From positions 1,984,001-2,048,000 of the forward strand of contig OY969100.1 of the NCBI GenBank assembly GCA_963697895.1: a stretch of DNA of 64,000 bases, given 5' to 3'. Both the position numbers and the translations under genes were made by a program. Shown here piece after piece: positions 51,561 through 62,071 of this stretch. This DNA comes from an uncultured Methanomicrobiales archaeon. Lineage in GTDB: Archaea; Halobacteriota; Methanomicrobia; Methanomicrobiales; Methanospirillaceae. The notes beneath the pieces were generated by a model. The model was not told the origin of the DNA, did not search any database, and saw only the letters and a program-made list of their open reading frames with translations. Position 1 is the first letter of the stretch; each line of letters opens with the position of its first letter.

Positions 51561-52361
51561 TCAGATCTTCTGATATAACTTTCCATATACCGTCTGTCCT
51601 TTTCTCTTGCGGTGACGTTCCCCGAGGTCTCCTTCGTAGAATGCAAATTTGGCCTTTTCGCCCTCGCACTCGAGGTCGACGTCTTCCACGTACCGGAATC
51701 CCGGCATCATCACGTCGATCGTGCCGAAGACGCAGATCTCACCCTCGACCATCTGGCCGCCGACCCGGCTCTTTGCGTTTCCCTTGATGACGATCTTTCC
51801 GCCTTCTGCATGAGTCCCGACATGGACATCAGCATTCCCGTCGATGACGATCTCGCCACCATTCATGAATGTGCCGATGTCGCTCCCGGCATTACCCTTC
51901 ACATGGATTTTTCCGCCCTGCATTCCGCGCCAGTCACCCCGGTACGCCGCCCCGAGGTAATTGCCTGCATCTCCATCGACGACAAGCTCTCCGCCCTTCA
52001 TGGCGATACCTGAAAAGGCATCGACATTTCCTTTCACATGGATTTTTCCGCCCTGCATCCAGCCGCCGACATACATATCCGCACTGCCTTCGATCTCGAT
52101 CTCTCCGGCGCTCATCTTCGTTCCGATGTATTTTAACCGCGAGAGATCTCCTTTGAGAACGATTTTTGTGTCAGCCGGAGTCGCCCCGGGTGCACCCGAA
52201 ATGTCGAAATACTCGCCGAGTGTCGAAGAGGTCCTGCCCTCATAGACCGGGAGGCTTGCGATCTCTGTCACCTTTTTACCGGCAAATGCATCGGGGGTGA
52301 TGCTGTCCACCTCCAGGTAGAGGCCGGGCTGGGTTTTCATTGTGAGTGTTACCGTTTCCAT
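51561..52361 (-). CDS. fwdC: Formylmethanofuran dehydrogenase subunit C
   Basis: GXGXG repeats, AYRGDWRGMQGG. Confidence 0.95.
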   Translation of the reverse strand: METVTLTMKTQPGLYLEVDSITPDAFAGKKVTEIASLPVYEGRTSSTLGEYFDISGAPGATPADTKIVLKGDLSRLKYIGTKMSAGEIEIEGSADMYVGGWMQGGKIHVKGNVDAFSGIAMKGGELVVDGDAGNYLGAAYRGDWRGMQGGKIHVKGNAGSDIGTFMNGGEIVIDGNADVHVGTHAEGGKIVIKGNAKSRVGGQMVEGEICVFGTIDVMMPGFRYVEDVDLECEGEKAKFAFYEGDLGERHRKRKGQTVYGKLYQKI

Positions 52362-52373
52362 CTCCTCATCCCC

Positions 52374-54086
52374 TCAGTGGGTTGCATCCACCTCGATGAT
52401 TCTCGGGTTCGGTGCATAGTGGCTCTGGACTTCGTAGTTGCCCTGGTTCACGCTGTAGAATTTCAGGAACTTATCCTGGACATCCCGGACGACCTGCGGG
52501 TTGTCATTGACGGTTGGATTGACCCATATCGTCCGCTTGTTTCCGTTGCTGACAATCTCCCCGTCCTTAACGACAGGTACACCCGTCTTAAAGACATAAG
52601 CCGCAGCGCTGAATGCCTTCTCGATGGCATCCGGTGTAAATGGCTTCTCCGGGTTCAGGTCATAGAGCACGACGTCCGCATCCATCCCTGGCATCAGTCC
52701 GCCATAGATACTTCCGAGACCGAGCGACTTCGCAGGTCCTGCACGGGTCATCTGGGCGATCTCGTACAGACCGAGCTCACGGTCGATTCCGGCGATATTG
52801 CTTCCTGAAACGACCTTGTCGCTGTACTTGAAGGCATCGATCTGGGCCTTCCGGGCTTTCTCGCTCATGAGCCACTTGATAACCCGCGGGTACCGGATGA
52901 ACGGCCCGGCATTCGGGTGGTCGGTGGTGATAAACGTCCGCATCGGGTCTTTGGTGAGCAGCCCCAGCTCAAGCCCGATCGCCCACTGTATCCCGCACAC
53001 CTTTATGTCCGGGCTGTACACGTAGGGTACGATCCCGGCAGCGGTCTCGAGCTCGACATCCACGTTTGCCCATTTCAGGTGGTTCAGCTCGGTAAGGTGA
53101 TGTTCGAACGGTCCGTCGGCGGTCATTGTCGTCGTCTCGTCGAGTGTCACGCAGCCGAGGTCGATCGTGAGATTTTTATTCTTATTGACGTAATCTATGA
53201 CCTCTGGTGCCTTCGACTCGAAATTTCCCCAGTTATCCCCACCGTAGGAGTGGAACTGGAGATGCGTGGAATGAAGGACCTGTTCACGTCCAAACTTGTT
53301 CTTCGGCTTTATTCCTTCGGCAAGCTTCAGGGTATCCAGGGTCACCTTGTAGTTGCCCGGGTCGCCCAGGCTGTTCTGGTGAACATGGACCGAATGGGGC
53401 AGACCGAGATACTCATTCGTCTCGATCAGTCCTTTGACGATCTGGGCAGGGGTAATATCGAAGTAAGGGACAGGATCGTCGATTGTGAGACAGTTGAGCC
53501 CCCAGCCCCACGCCTCCGTTCCACCGGGGTTCACGACCTTAATCGCGAATCCCTTGGTCACTTTCAGCAGCCATGCGGCATAGGCGGCCATGTTCTCGAT
53601 CTCGTCGTTCTTGAGATACTCGAGAACGAACCAGTTATTGCCAAAGACCGGGAATGCACCCTCGTCGATGATAGGGGTATCCTTGATCTCTTCATGGACA
53701 TGCCGTGCGTACAGCGGCGGCATCGCTGCTTCCATCGCGACGGTGTAACCCATCCGGGCATAATCATACCCGGTCTTGAATGTGGTTGGAATGGAGAATC
53801 CGCCGGCCATCCTGGTGGTCCCGGTCCCTTTCCGGTATGCCACCTGGAGTTTATCTTCGGGCCGGTAGTTTCTTCCTTCGTTGACTTTCGGACCCGCAAT
53901 ATGGGCATGGATCTCCACCGCACCAGCCATGACCGTCTTTCCTGCTGCATCGATCGTCTTTGCCTTGCCGGAAAGAGCGGAACTCTCTACGATTTTGCCA
54001 TCCTTTATGGCGATATCTTTCTTGTCACCCTTGATCCCTTGGACCGGATCAAAGACAAACCCGTTCTTGACGAGGTATTCCGACAT
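52374..54086 (-). CDS. fwdA: Formylmethanofuran dehydrogenase subunit A
   Basis: HAHIAGPKVN, KVVNPGG, HLQFHSYG, TTDHPNAGPF. Confidence 0.97.
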   Translation of the reverse strand: MSEYLVKNGFVFDPVQGIKGDKKDIAIKDGKIVESSALSGKAKTIDAAGKTVMAGAVEIHAHIAGPKVNEGRNYRPEDKLQVAYRKGTGTTRMAGGFSIPTTFKTGYDYARMGYTVAMEAAMPPLYARHVHEEIKDTPIIDEGAFPVFGNNWFVLEYLKNDEIENMAAYAAWLLKVTKGFAIKVVNPGGTEAWGWGLNCLTIDDPVPYFDITPAQIVKGLIETNEYLGLPHSVHVHQNSLGDPGNYKVTLDTLKLAEGIKPKNKFGREQVLHSTHLQFHSYGGDNWGNFESKAPEVIDYVNKNKNLTIDLGCVTLDETTTMTADGPFEHHLTELNHLKWANVDVELETAAGIVPYVYSPDIKVCGIQWAIGLELGLLTKDPMRTFITTDHPNAGPFIRYPRVIKWLMSEKARKAQIDAFKYSDKVVSGSNIAGIDRELGLYEIAQMTRAGPAKSLGLGSIYGGLMPGMDADVVLYDLNPEKPFTPDAIEKAFSAAAYVFKTGVPVVKDGEIVSNGNKRTIWVNPTVNDNPQVVRDVQDKFLKFYSVNQGNYEVQSHYAPNPRIIEVDATH

Positions 54087-54088
54087 CC

Positions 54089-55402
54089 TTATACCCCCTG
54101 CATTGCGGTAACCCGGTCGCGGACACGGGTCAGGAACTCCACATCCGTAAGCATTCCTTCGGGCGGATCAACGACCTTGCGTGCCTCGATCGGCACATTA
54201 TCCATCCGATAGCAGTTGCCTCCGACCTCAACCCCGACAAATGCAACCGGTACATGCAGCTTTGACACTTCAGTGGTGGGCGTGATATGCGGATCGATAG
54301 CGACAGAGGGCAGCTTGGAGATCTGTTTTACCGAGCTGATCGGGAAGTGGGCACCGGGGTCGCTGCCGATCACGAAGACCGCGTCCACTTCGCCTCTCCG
54401 GAGGAGGTCATTGGAACTGCTGTCACCGGGGTTGTACCGGGCAAATCCCCGGGATAAATCCACACAGTACGGGAAGCCGAACTGCCAGCCGAGTACCTGG
54501 CCGGAACCGGTGACATTATAATGACCACGCATCGCAATGATGCTGAATTTTGTATATTCGTTCATATCCTTGGTAACCATGATCGCTTCATCGATGTTGT
54601 GATTTTTGCCAAGCGACTGTGTTACCCCCATCCCGAAGAAGATGACTCCGAACCGGCCGCTCTTGAGCATCTCCACGGCTTCGTATATCTTTTCCTTCGG
54701 AATGCCGGCTACTATATCAGGCAGGGTTTCGCCCCGGATTGCAACACGGAAGGCATCGAGAAGTTCATAGTCACGTCCCTGCTCTATCTGCAGGTGAATA
54801 TCCGCCATCTTTGCGGTATCTGTGTTTCTCGGGTCGACCACGACCAGTTTCCGGTTTTTATGTCCTTTGTTTACAAAGAAGCCCCGCGGGAAGATAGAAT
54901 ACCGGGCCATATGGCGCGGATGTGCATGAGTAGGGTTGGACCCCCAGAAAATGATGCGGTCAGCACGGTTTTTAACCTCTCCCAGTGTGCAGCTCGGGAT
55001 CCCCACGTCCTGAATTGCGAGCAGGGATGAGCCGTGACACACCGTCGCAGTGTTATCCACGACGGCCCCGACCTTCTCCGCGATCTCGTGACCGATACTC
55101 TGGGCATCGCAGCTCGTCGAGCTCCATCCATACATGAGCGGCTTTTTCGATTTTACCAGCATCTGTGCGGTATATTCGACCGCTTCATCATAGGATACTT
55201 CCTTGTACGAACCGTCCGGCTGCTGCATCCGGGGACGCGTAATCCGGTCAGTTGCCTGGGAATGAAGGAACTTCGACGCACCGATCACGCATGCATTATA
55301 GACATCTTCGATCTTTTTGCCGTCGTCGGAGACAACGATCTCCAGATCATCGCAAAGAGTCCCGCAGAACGGGCAAATTACATCGGGTACTGTCTTTGAC
55401 AT
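54089..55402 (-). CDS. fwdB: Formylmethanofuran dehydrogenase subunit B (Cys form)
   Basis: CPFCGTLCDD, TATVCHG, HAHPRH, MRGHYNV. Confidence 0.97.
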   Translation of the reverse strand: MSKTVPDVICPFCGTLCDDLEIVVSDDGKKIEDVYNACVIGASKFLHSQATDRITRPRMQQPDGSYKEVSYDEAVEYTAQMLVKSKKPLMYGWSSTSCDAQSIGHEIAEKVGAVVDNTATVCHGSSLLAIQDVGIPSCTLGEVKNRADRIIFWGSNPTHAHPRHMARYSIFPRGFFVNKGHKNRKLVVVDPRNTDTAKMADIHLQIEQGRDYELLDAFRVAIRGETLPDIVAGIPKEKIYEAVEMLKSGRFGVIFFGMGVTQSLGKNHNIDEAIMVTKDMNEYTKFSIIAMRGHYNVTGSGQVLGWQFGFPYCVDLSRGFARYNPGDSSSNDLLRRGEVDAVFVIGSDPGAHFPISSVKQISKLPSVAIDPHITPTTEVSKLHVPVAFVGVEVGGNCYRMDNVPIEARKVVDPPEGMLTDVEFLTRVRDRVTAMQGV

Positions 55403-55803
55403 CAGATCTCACCTCTGCACTTCTTCTGGACCAGTTCTATGGAATTCAGCACGGGTTCATTCATTGCAACTTCCACCTCGATAGGAGTTCCCTTGAAGGT
55501 AGGCATACCGGTGGAATAGGTGTTCGGGTTGACGACCGAATTTGCCCAGGGCCCCATCGGGATGTAACCGAGGCCGGGATGCGGCCCCTGTGTCGTCTCG
55601 ATCGCCTTTACCACCACACTTCCGAACTCACTGGTAACCCGCACATTGGTATTGCGCCAGGCACCCAGTTTCCGGAAGTCTGCGATATCCAGCTCGATGA
55701 TGCCGCACGCTTTTCGATAGGCATCTTTCTCCTTACCGCCCTCCATGGCGACGCCCTGCTGGATCGAGCGCCCCGAAATAAGATTCAGCGAAATTTTAGC
55801 CAC
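55402..55803 (-). CDS. fwdD: Formylmethanofuran dehydrogenase subunit D
   Basis: SGRSIQQG, IPMGPWAN, TGMPTFKG; GTG start. Confidence 0.95.
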   Translation of the reverse strand: MAKISLNLISGRSIQQGVAMEGGKEKDAYRKACGIIELDIADFRKLGAWRNTNVRVTSEFGSVVVKAIETTQGPHPGLGYIPMGPWANSVVNPNTYSTGMPTFKGTPIEVEVAMNEPVLNSIELVQKKCRGEI

Positions 55804-55817
55804 GCTCCTTTCCTCCC

Positions 55818-56243
55818 TTATCTGGTCAGATCGGGGAGCGGGCTCGGGCCGAGATCGCGGACGGTCTTGATCACATCATCAACCACTTTTGCCCACTTCG
55901 CTCCCTCAGATGCCGATACGAATGTCATCCGGAGCCGCTTATCTTCAAGACCAATGTTCCTCAGGAGGCTCTTTAAGATGAACATCCGTTTTGCGGCTTT
56001 ATAGTTCCCTTCAAGATAATGACAGTCCCCGAAATGGCACCCGGAGACGAGAACACCATCTGCACCATCACTGAACGCCTTCAGGATGAAGAGCGGGTCG
56101 ACACGACCGGTGCACATGACACGGACGATCCGGATGTCCGGCTGATACTGGGTCCGGGCACTTCCGGCCAGGTCTGCACCGGCATAAGAGCACCAGTTGC
56201 AGACGATACCGAGGATTTTGGGTTTCCACTCTGGATCTGCCAT
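55818..56243 (-). CDS. mvhD: MvhD [2Fe-2S] subunit
   Basis: CNWCSYAGADLAG, RVMCTGRV, GCHFGDCHY, VSASEG. Confidence 0.96.
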   Translation of the reverse strand: MADPEWKPKILGIVCNWCSYAGADLAGSARTQYQPDIRIVRVMCTGRVDPLFILKAFSDGADGVLVSGCHFGDCHYLEGNYKAAKRMFILKSLLRNIGLEDKRLRMTFVSASEGAKWAKVVDDVIKTVRDLGPSPLPDLTR

Positions 56244-58351
56244 TACTTCGCACCTCCCAGGAGGAAAGCGTCAATCTGTGCCACGATCTGCGGGGTTGCA
56301 AAGTGCTGCATCCATATTGCGCCACCCGGGCAGAATCCGCCGCAGGTACCACAGCCTTTGCATTTAGCCTCCGTGACCTGCATCACTTTTCGTCCGTCTT
56401 TCTCGACGAGGGAAAGCGCATTGTACGGGCAGAGGTTCACGCACATACCACATCCGGCACATTTCTCCTCCATACACTGGGCGAAGTAGGGTTCGAGCTC
56501 GACTTCCCCCCGCTGGATCGGGATACTTGCCGCCGATGCGGCTCCCTCCGCGGAGGCGACGGTATCGGGGATATCCTTCGGTCCCTGGCAGACACCGGCA
56601 AGGAATACTCCGGCCGTGGTTGTTCCGCAGGGGTTCAGCTTGGGGTGTGCCTCCATGAGCCATCCGTCCATGGAACAGGAGACCCCGAAGAGTTTCCTGG
56701 TCCGGTCCGTATCCGAGGAAGGCTGGACTGCGGCAGCAAGCACCACAAGGTCAGCATCGAGCCTCATCGGACGGTCGAGGAGCGTGTCGTCTGCGATGAC
56801 GGTGAGATTCTTGCTCTCTGCATCCTCGAGGATATTCGATACCCGGCCACGGATGAATTTCGCTCCTTCATCCTGGATCCGGTAATAGAACTCCTCGTAC
56901 ATCTTGCCGAATGACCGGATATCCATGTAGAATATATATGGTTGTACACCCGGGATCTTCTCGATGATCTGGTGTGCATGCTTCAGGGAATACATGCAGC
57001 AGAACCGGGAACAGTATGGTTTTCCGACTCCGGTGTTGTCACGGGACCCTGCACAGAGGATGAACGCGACCTTCTTCGGAGTCACCCCATCGCTCGGGCG
57101 GACCAGGTGGCCGCCGGTCGGTCCGGATGCACAAATGAGCCGCTCGAATTCAAGGCTCGAGATCACATTATCGAACTTCTTGTACCCCCATTCATCCTTC
57201 TTCTCGATGGGGAAGATGTCATAGCCGAGTGCCAGGATGGCGGTCCCGACCTTGACTTTAACGAACGAATCCTCCTGCTCGAGTTCGATTGCCTTCTTGT
57301 CGCCGCAGGCGGTGACACAAAGGCCGCACTTTATACAGGAGTCCTTGTCGACGGTATAAATGAGCGGGACAACCTGTGGGTGGTTGATATAAATCGCCTT
57401 CCGCGGCTTCATCCCCATCTCAAACTCGTTCGGCTGGATCACCGGACATACCGGGTCACAGTCACCGCAGCCGTTGCAGCCACCTCCAACGATGCCCTTA
57501 GCTTCCGCCTCTGCCGGGGTGAGCACACCGCGGGCTTTCTTCCGGAGTGTCACATCGAAATTACCGATATACCCCTCCACAGAGTCTACCTCGGTATAGG
57601 TCATGAGCTCGATGTTTTCCGACCTTCCGACATCCACCATCTTCGGGGTGAGGATACACTGGGAACAGTCCAGGGTCGGGAAAGTCTTGTCCAGCTGGGA
57701 CATGCGTCCGCCGATCGTCGGGCTCTTTTCGATCAGATAGGTCTTGATGCCTGCATTTGCAAGATCGAGTGCCGCCTGCATACCGGCGATACCTGCACCG
57801 ACCACCATTGCCGCCCGTTCTACGGGGACAGCCTTCGGAATCAGGTCCTCAAGCAGGGAGGCCTTGGCAACCGCAATCCTTACGGCGTCCTTTGCCTTAT
57901 CTGTGGCGCCCTCGCGGTCATGCATATGTACCCAGGCGTTCTGCTCACGGATATTGGCCATCTCAAAGCGGAAAGGGTTGATACCTCCTTCCTTGGTTGC
58001 GGTCCTGAATGTCGGTTCATGGAGCCGGGGAGAACATGCCGCAACAACCGTGCCAGTGAGGTTATGTTCCTTTATTGCGTCCTCGATGATCTTCTGACCG
58101 GGGGTCGAACAGACATACTGGTAATTTGCCACGAAGGCTACATTCGGGAGTGTCTTCGCATAATCCTGGACAGCATTGATGTCGATCGAACCCGCGATGT
58201 TCGTTCCACAGTGACAGATGAAGACACCGATCCGCGCCTCTTTCGTATCCGGAGACCGCTTTATTGCCGGTGCCGCTTTCGCTTTCACTTCCGCCTTTTG
58301 TTCCTTCTTCGATGCAGTTGATTCTTTCTTTGATTTTTTCGCTTCGGCCAT
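56243..58351 (-). CDS. hdrA: Heterodisulfide reductase subunit A
   Basis: CHCGTNIAG, ACSPRLHE, GAGIAG, KTFPTLDC, CSRFCCMY, GPKDIP. Confidence 0.97.
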   Translation of the reverse strand: MAEAKKSKKESTASKKEQKAEVKAKAAPAIKRSPDTKEARIGVFICHCGTNIAGSIDINAVQDYAKTLPNVAFVANYQYVCSTPGQKIIEDAIKEHNLTGTVVAACSPRLHEPTFRTATKEGGINPFRFEMANIREQNAWVHMHDREGATDKAKDAVRIAVAKASLLEDLIPKAVPVERAAMVVGAGIAGMQAALDLANAGIKTYLIEKSPTIGGRMSQLDKTFPTLDCSQCILTPKMVDVGRSENIELMTYTEVDSVEGYIGNFDVTLRKKARGVLTPAEAEAKGIVGGGCNGCGDCDPVCPVIQPNEFEMGMKPRKAIYINHPQVVPLIYTVDKDSCIKCGLCVTACGDKKAIELEQEDSFVKVKVGTAILALGYDIFPIEKKDEWGYKKFDNVISSLEFERLICASGPTGGHLVRPSDGVTPKKVAFILCAGSRDNTGVGKPYCSRFCCMYSLKHAHQIIEKIPGVQPYIFYMDIRSFGKMYEEFYYRIQDEGAKFIRGRVSNILEDAESKNLTVIADDTLLDRPMRLDADLVVLAAAVQPSSDTDRTRKLFGVSCSMDGWLMEAHPKLNPCGTTTAGVFLAGVCQGPKDIPDTVASAEGAASAASIPIQRGEVELEPYFAQCMEEKCAGCGMCVNLCPYNALSLVEKDGRKVMQVTEAKCKGCGTCGGFCPGGAIWMQHFATPQIVAQIDAFLLGGAK

Positions 58352-58365
58352 TTTCGTCTCCTCCA

Positions 58366-59256
58366 TCACAGGATCTTCTGCAGGAACGGCTCGCAGCTGA
58401 TCGCATGGAGATCCAGTGCAAGTTCCTGCGGGGTCATTCCCTGGGCGAGCCCGAGCAGTTCATTGTAGTGCAGGACGGGAAGGTCATAGCTCACGCCAAA
58501 CTTTTCCTTTATTTCAATCTGTCCGCGGTCGAACTGAAGCTGACAGAACGGACAGATATCAGTGAGTGCATCGATGCCCATCTTGGACAGCGTGATCAGT
58601 TTCTCGTTGGCAATATCGAGTGCGTGAACAATATCATAACCGCGGACACCACCACCGGCGCCACAACAGAGCATCTTGTTCCGGTATTCCACCGGCTCTG
58701 CGCCGAGGGCCGCGACCATCTCTTCGATCCAGACCGGGTGCTCTGTGGTTCCGAAGTGACGCTCTTTCCGGGGTTTCATCAGGTGGCAGCCATAATGCAC
58801 CGCGATTCGGGTGCCCGTGAGCGGGTTCGTCACACTGTCCCGGATCTTTTTAACACCGACGATCTTCGGGTCGTATAAGAGTTCTGCAAGGTGGTAGACC
58901 TCAATGGAGCCCTTATATTCCATATCGATCTCTTTCAGTACCTCATTGACCCCGTCACGAAGCTCTTCGTTGTGCTTGAGTTTATGGTTCACTTCCCAGA
59001 TGGACTTATAGCAGCCATTGCAGATCAGAGCGATATCCTTCTTCATCTGTTCCGCAAGCACGATATTCCGGGCAGCCATCGCATACCATACATTCAGGTC
59101 AATCGATCCAAACGCACCTGGTGCGGGGCAGCAGCTGGCGCCCTCGAGGTCCAATAATTTGATCCCGAGCTTCTCCGAGGTCCGGTACGATGCCGCTTCG
59201 GAGCCGGGGTACCGGTTGGGTGCGATGCATCCGAGATAAAACGCGTATTCGTGCAT
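58366..59256 (-). CDS. hdrB: Heterodisulfide reductase subunit B
   Basis: SCCPAPG, CNGC, HYGCH, CCGAGGG, CPFCQLQFD (CCG domains). Confidence 0.97.
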   Translation of the reverse strand: MHEYAFYLGCIAPNRYPGSEAASYRTSEKLGIKLLDLEGASCCPAPGAFGSIDLNVWYAMAARNIVLAEQMKKDIALICNGCYKSIWEVNHKLKHNEELRDGVNEVLKEIDMEYKGSIEVYHLAELLYDPKIVGVKKIRDSVTNPLTGTRIAVHYGCHLMKPRKERHFGTTEHPVWIEEMVAALGAEPVEYRNKMLCCGAGGGVRGYDIVHALDIANEKLITLSKMGIDALTDICPFCQLQFDRGQIEIKEKFGVSYDLPVLHYNELLGLAQGMTPQELALDLHAISCEPFLQKIL

Positions 59257-59262
59257 CAGCAT

Positions 59263-59844
59263 TCACCCCTCTCGTTCCTTAACAATTCTGTCTGCATTCT
59301 TCTTCAGCTCGAAATGATCAAGGATCTTCTGGATACCCTTGATATAATCGGGTCTCCCGTGTGTTGTCGGGGGGTCTGCGGGAAGACCGAGTTTCACGCG
59401 TGCCGCCCTGTTGACATCATTGTTCGGCACGCCATGGCCCGTGGTATAAATCGCCTGTACCGTCTTCAAGAAATTGACCGGTATGATATCGCGCTTGAAT
59501 GCGAGATTCCTCATGGCCATGATCACATCGGTTGGTGCGATATCCCTCGGGCACCGGTCTGTACAGCTGTAACAGGTTGTGCAGAGCCAGAGGTCCGGGT
59601 CAACAAGTGCTTCATTTTCGAGCCCGAGCAATGCTCTCCGGACAAACTTACGGATTCTATAGGAGCTTCGGGGTGCAGAAGGACATGATGCGGTACAGGT
59701 CCCGCACTGGTAGCACATGTGTGGAATGGTCATCGAGATCTTTTCCACGGTCTTCGTGAACGCGGGGTTCGAGTCCTCATCGTATAAATTGCGGTCCTTC
59801 AGTTTGTTTTCGAGTGCTTCAGGGTAACCTTTGGTTTTTGCCAT
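59263..59844 (-). CDS. hdrC: Heterodisulfide reductase subunit C
   Basis: CYQCGTCTASCP, LWLCTTCYSCTDRCPR. Confidence 0.96.
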   Translation of the reverse strand: MAKTKGYPEALENKLKDRNLYDEDSNPAFTKTVEKISMTIPHMCYQCGTCTASCPSAPRSSYRIRKFVRRALLGLENEALVDPDLWLCTTCYSCTDRCPRDIAPTDVIMAMRNLAFKRDIIPVNFLKTVQAIYTTGHGVPNNDVNRAARVKLGLPADPPTTHGRPDYIKGIQKILDHFELKKNADRIVKEREG

Positions 59845-59854
59845 GTCTCATTCC

Positions 59855-61018
59855 TCACGCCTTCTCCGTAACCTTGAGTTGCACCTCTCCCGGCGTCTCT
59901 TCTTTCACCTTGGAAGTCCGGGGTGTGCAGAGCTTCTCTTTGATCTTATTGTACAGATCCGTCTCTTTACCGGTGATTCGAATGCCTGTCCGGTGAAGGA
60001 GAATGATATCCTCACCTGGACATGCATTCACGCACGCACCACAAAGAATACAGAGATCTTTGTTCACCGCAATGGTCGGCTCTATCTGGCCTTTCATCTC
60101 GGCTGCCGGTTTGGAGCTCGGGAGGTAAATGGCATTTGCAGGACAGATCTCTACGCAGGTGGAACAGCCACCGGGGCATTTTTCCGCATGGAATTCGATA
60201 TCGCCCTCAAAGATCTTTTCAACGGTGATCGCCTCGGTCGGGCAGTTCCGGGAGCACCAGGTGCAGGTACAACAGAGATCCTTGTCGATGTCGACTTTAC
60301 CGGGCATCTTGTCGCTCTCGATCTGCCGTTCGACGGTGATACATTCCTCCGGGCACATCTCGACACAGACCATGCATGCATCGCATTTGCTCTCATCCCA
60401 GACGACTTCTCCCTGAATATTTCCGGATTCGGCTGTGAACTCCTTGTGTTTCACATCGATCGCCGGGCAGAGTGCTCCACAGATCCCGCAGAGCGTGCAT
60501 TTCTCCATATCCACCTTGAATGTGGTTTTGCTGGTCAGTGCCGTCTGCCGGTCCTTGGCGCCTTCAGCAGCGCCTTCGAACTCGGGGACATTTCTGATGA
60601 TCGCATCACGCGGGCAGACCTCGTCACAGATGGTGCATTTCACGCATTTTTCGTCGCTGATTTCTGCAACGATATTGTACTGTGGGAATCCCTCCTTCTC
60701 GATAATGGGAAGGCGTTCCTCGTTATCCACTTTGAGCGTCAGTGCATTGAACGGGCACATGATTACACAGACGCCACAGTAAACGCATTTTGTCTCATCG
60801 ATATCGACCGGAGCCGCATATTCGACCACTCCCCGCTTGGTTGCCCCGACGAGCCCGAGGGCAATCGCATCTTCAGGGCATGCCTCAACGCAGACCCCGC
60901 ACCCCGTGCATACCTCTGCGTTCAGAATCAGGTCTGAAACTTGCTGGAGAAGCCGCTGCTCTCCGGTAACATTCACACCTTCCCGTTTCTTGGAATATTT
61001 AGGATAAATCGTTGTCAT
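59855..61018 (-). CDS. fwdF: Polyferredoxin, formylmethanofuran dehydrogenase subunit F
   Basis: About eight CxxCxxCxxxCP motifs; operon context. Confidence 0.9.
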   Translation of the reverse strand: MTTIYPKYSKKREGVNVTGEQRLLQQVSDLILNAEVCTGCGVCVEACPEDAIALGLVGATKRGVVEYAAPVDIDETKCVYCGVCVIMCPFNALTLKVDNEERLPIIEKEGFPQYNIVAEISDEKCVKCTICDEVCPRDAIIRNVPEFEGAAEGAKDRQTALTSKTTFKVDMEKCTLCGICGALCPAIDVKHKEFTAESGNIQGEVVWDESKCDACMVCVEMCPEECITVERQIESDKMPGKVDIDKDLCCTCTWCSRNCPTEAITVEKIFEGDIEFHAEKCPGGCSTCVEICPANAIYLPSSKPAAEMKGQIEPTIAVNKDLCILCGACVNACPGEDIILLHRTGIRITGKETDLYNKIKEKLCTPRTSKVKEETPGEVQLKVTEKA

Positions 61019-61050
61019 GCAGGTACCTCACATTCCTTCACGCTCATTCA

Positions 61051-61314
61051 TCACACCTTTGCCTCTGACATCACGGAACCACGACCTTCCAGCCGGATGA
61101 CATCATGTGGACATGCTTCGACGCATACACCGCACCCCGCGCAGAGCTCTGACTTGAAATCAATCACCATGGATTTTCCATGGCGTACCTTGTAGATCTT
61201 CTCATTTGTGACAGGATCTATGGTATAGAGTTCAAGCGCATCGACAGGACATGCGACCACACAATTACCGCAGCCAGTACAACGTTCCATGTTTACGTGC
61301 ACTGCAAATGCCAT
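61051..61314 (-). CDS. fwdG: 2x[4Fe-4S] ferredoxin, Fwd subunit G
   Basis: CTGCGNCVVACPV, CAGCGVCVEACP; first gene of the operon. Confidence 0.8.
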   Translation of the reverse strand: MAFAVHVNMERCTGCGNCVVACPVDALELYTIDPVTNEKIYKVRHGKSMVIDFKSELCAGCGVCVEACPHDVIRLEGRGSVMSEAKV

Positions 61315-62071
61315 GTTTTTATCACGCACCAGATTGGATCGATTAAAAAATCGACTAAAGAAGAATGGTTAACTAATGTAGATAAACTCTTCTGATTTCT
61401 CCCTGTTATGACGGCAATTTGGGCGGGTATGATTAATTATTTGTTTTTATTTAGTAAATAAGTTAACTGAAATACCATAAAATACGCCGGAGACCCCTGC
61501 GTTCATCAGGTGCTTTCATTCATTTCAGTCATAGAATAAAAATCTGTTGGTCTTTTCCTTCTTTTTGTAAAGGAGGGTTATATAGTTGTCTTTTGTGAAA
61601 TTATTACGTAATATCTAGGTACTCGGGAAAAAAATCGGGAAATCTTTTAGATTATTTTCGTCATTCCTGAATCCTGTCGTCCCTTCATTTCCCTATTCTA
61701 ATCCCCGTTTTTATCCGCGTATGGTTAATGCTTTGATATTGACATAACTGGATTCTCACTCGGGAGACGGGTAGATTAACGGTACGATTTCTGGTTCGAT
61801 TCCGGATCGGGTTGAATTCCGCGGTCTCATTCCGGAAAAACTGCAATTGGTTTTCGGCAAAACCGGGATAGGGGTATGATCCTGTTATTGATCCACACCC
61901 CGGATATTTCTGCAAAGAATATGGAGAACCGGGATTCGTCAGGGGATTTTCGGGTTTTCACTTTTTTTTATTTTCTCGGGTTTGATCCATCCGGAGTCCG
62001 CTAGGAGAATCGCAATAAGAAAAAGTTATTTTCATCGCTTACCGTACCTCCTGATGAAACGAGGTTGTGAA

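Noticed and set aside
46212-60937. Long antisense ORFs over mcr/fwd/hdr (e.g. 49772-50944, 52917-54212, 56942-58321, 59831-60937)
   Set aside because: Shadow frames caused by the codon bias of highly expressed genes; no motifs
61746-61812. tRNA-like element (T-arm TCTGG-TTCGATT-CCGGA, partial acceptor pairing)
   Set aside because: No proper anticodon arm, wrong spacing and missing D-loop consensus; probably chance
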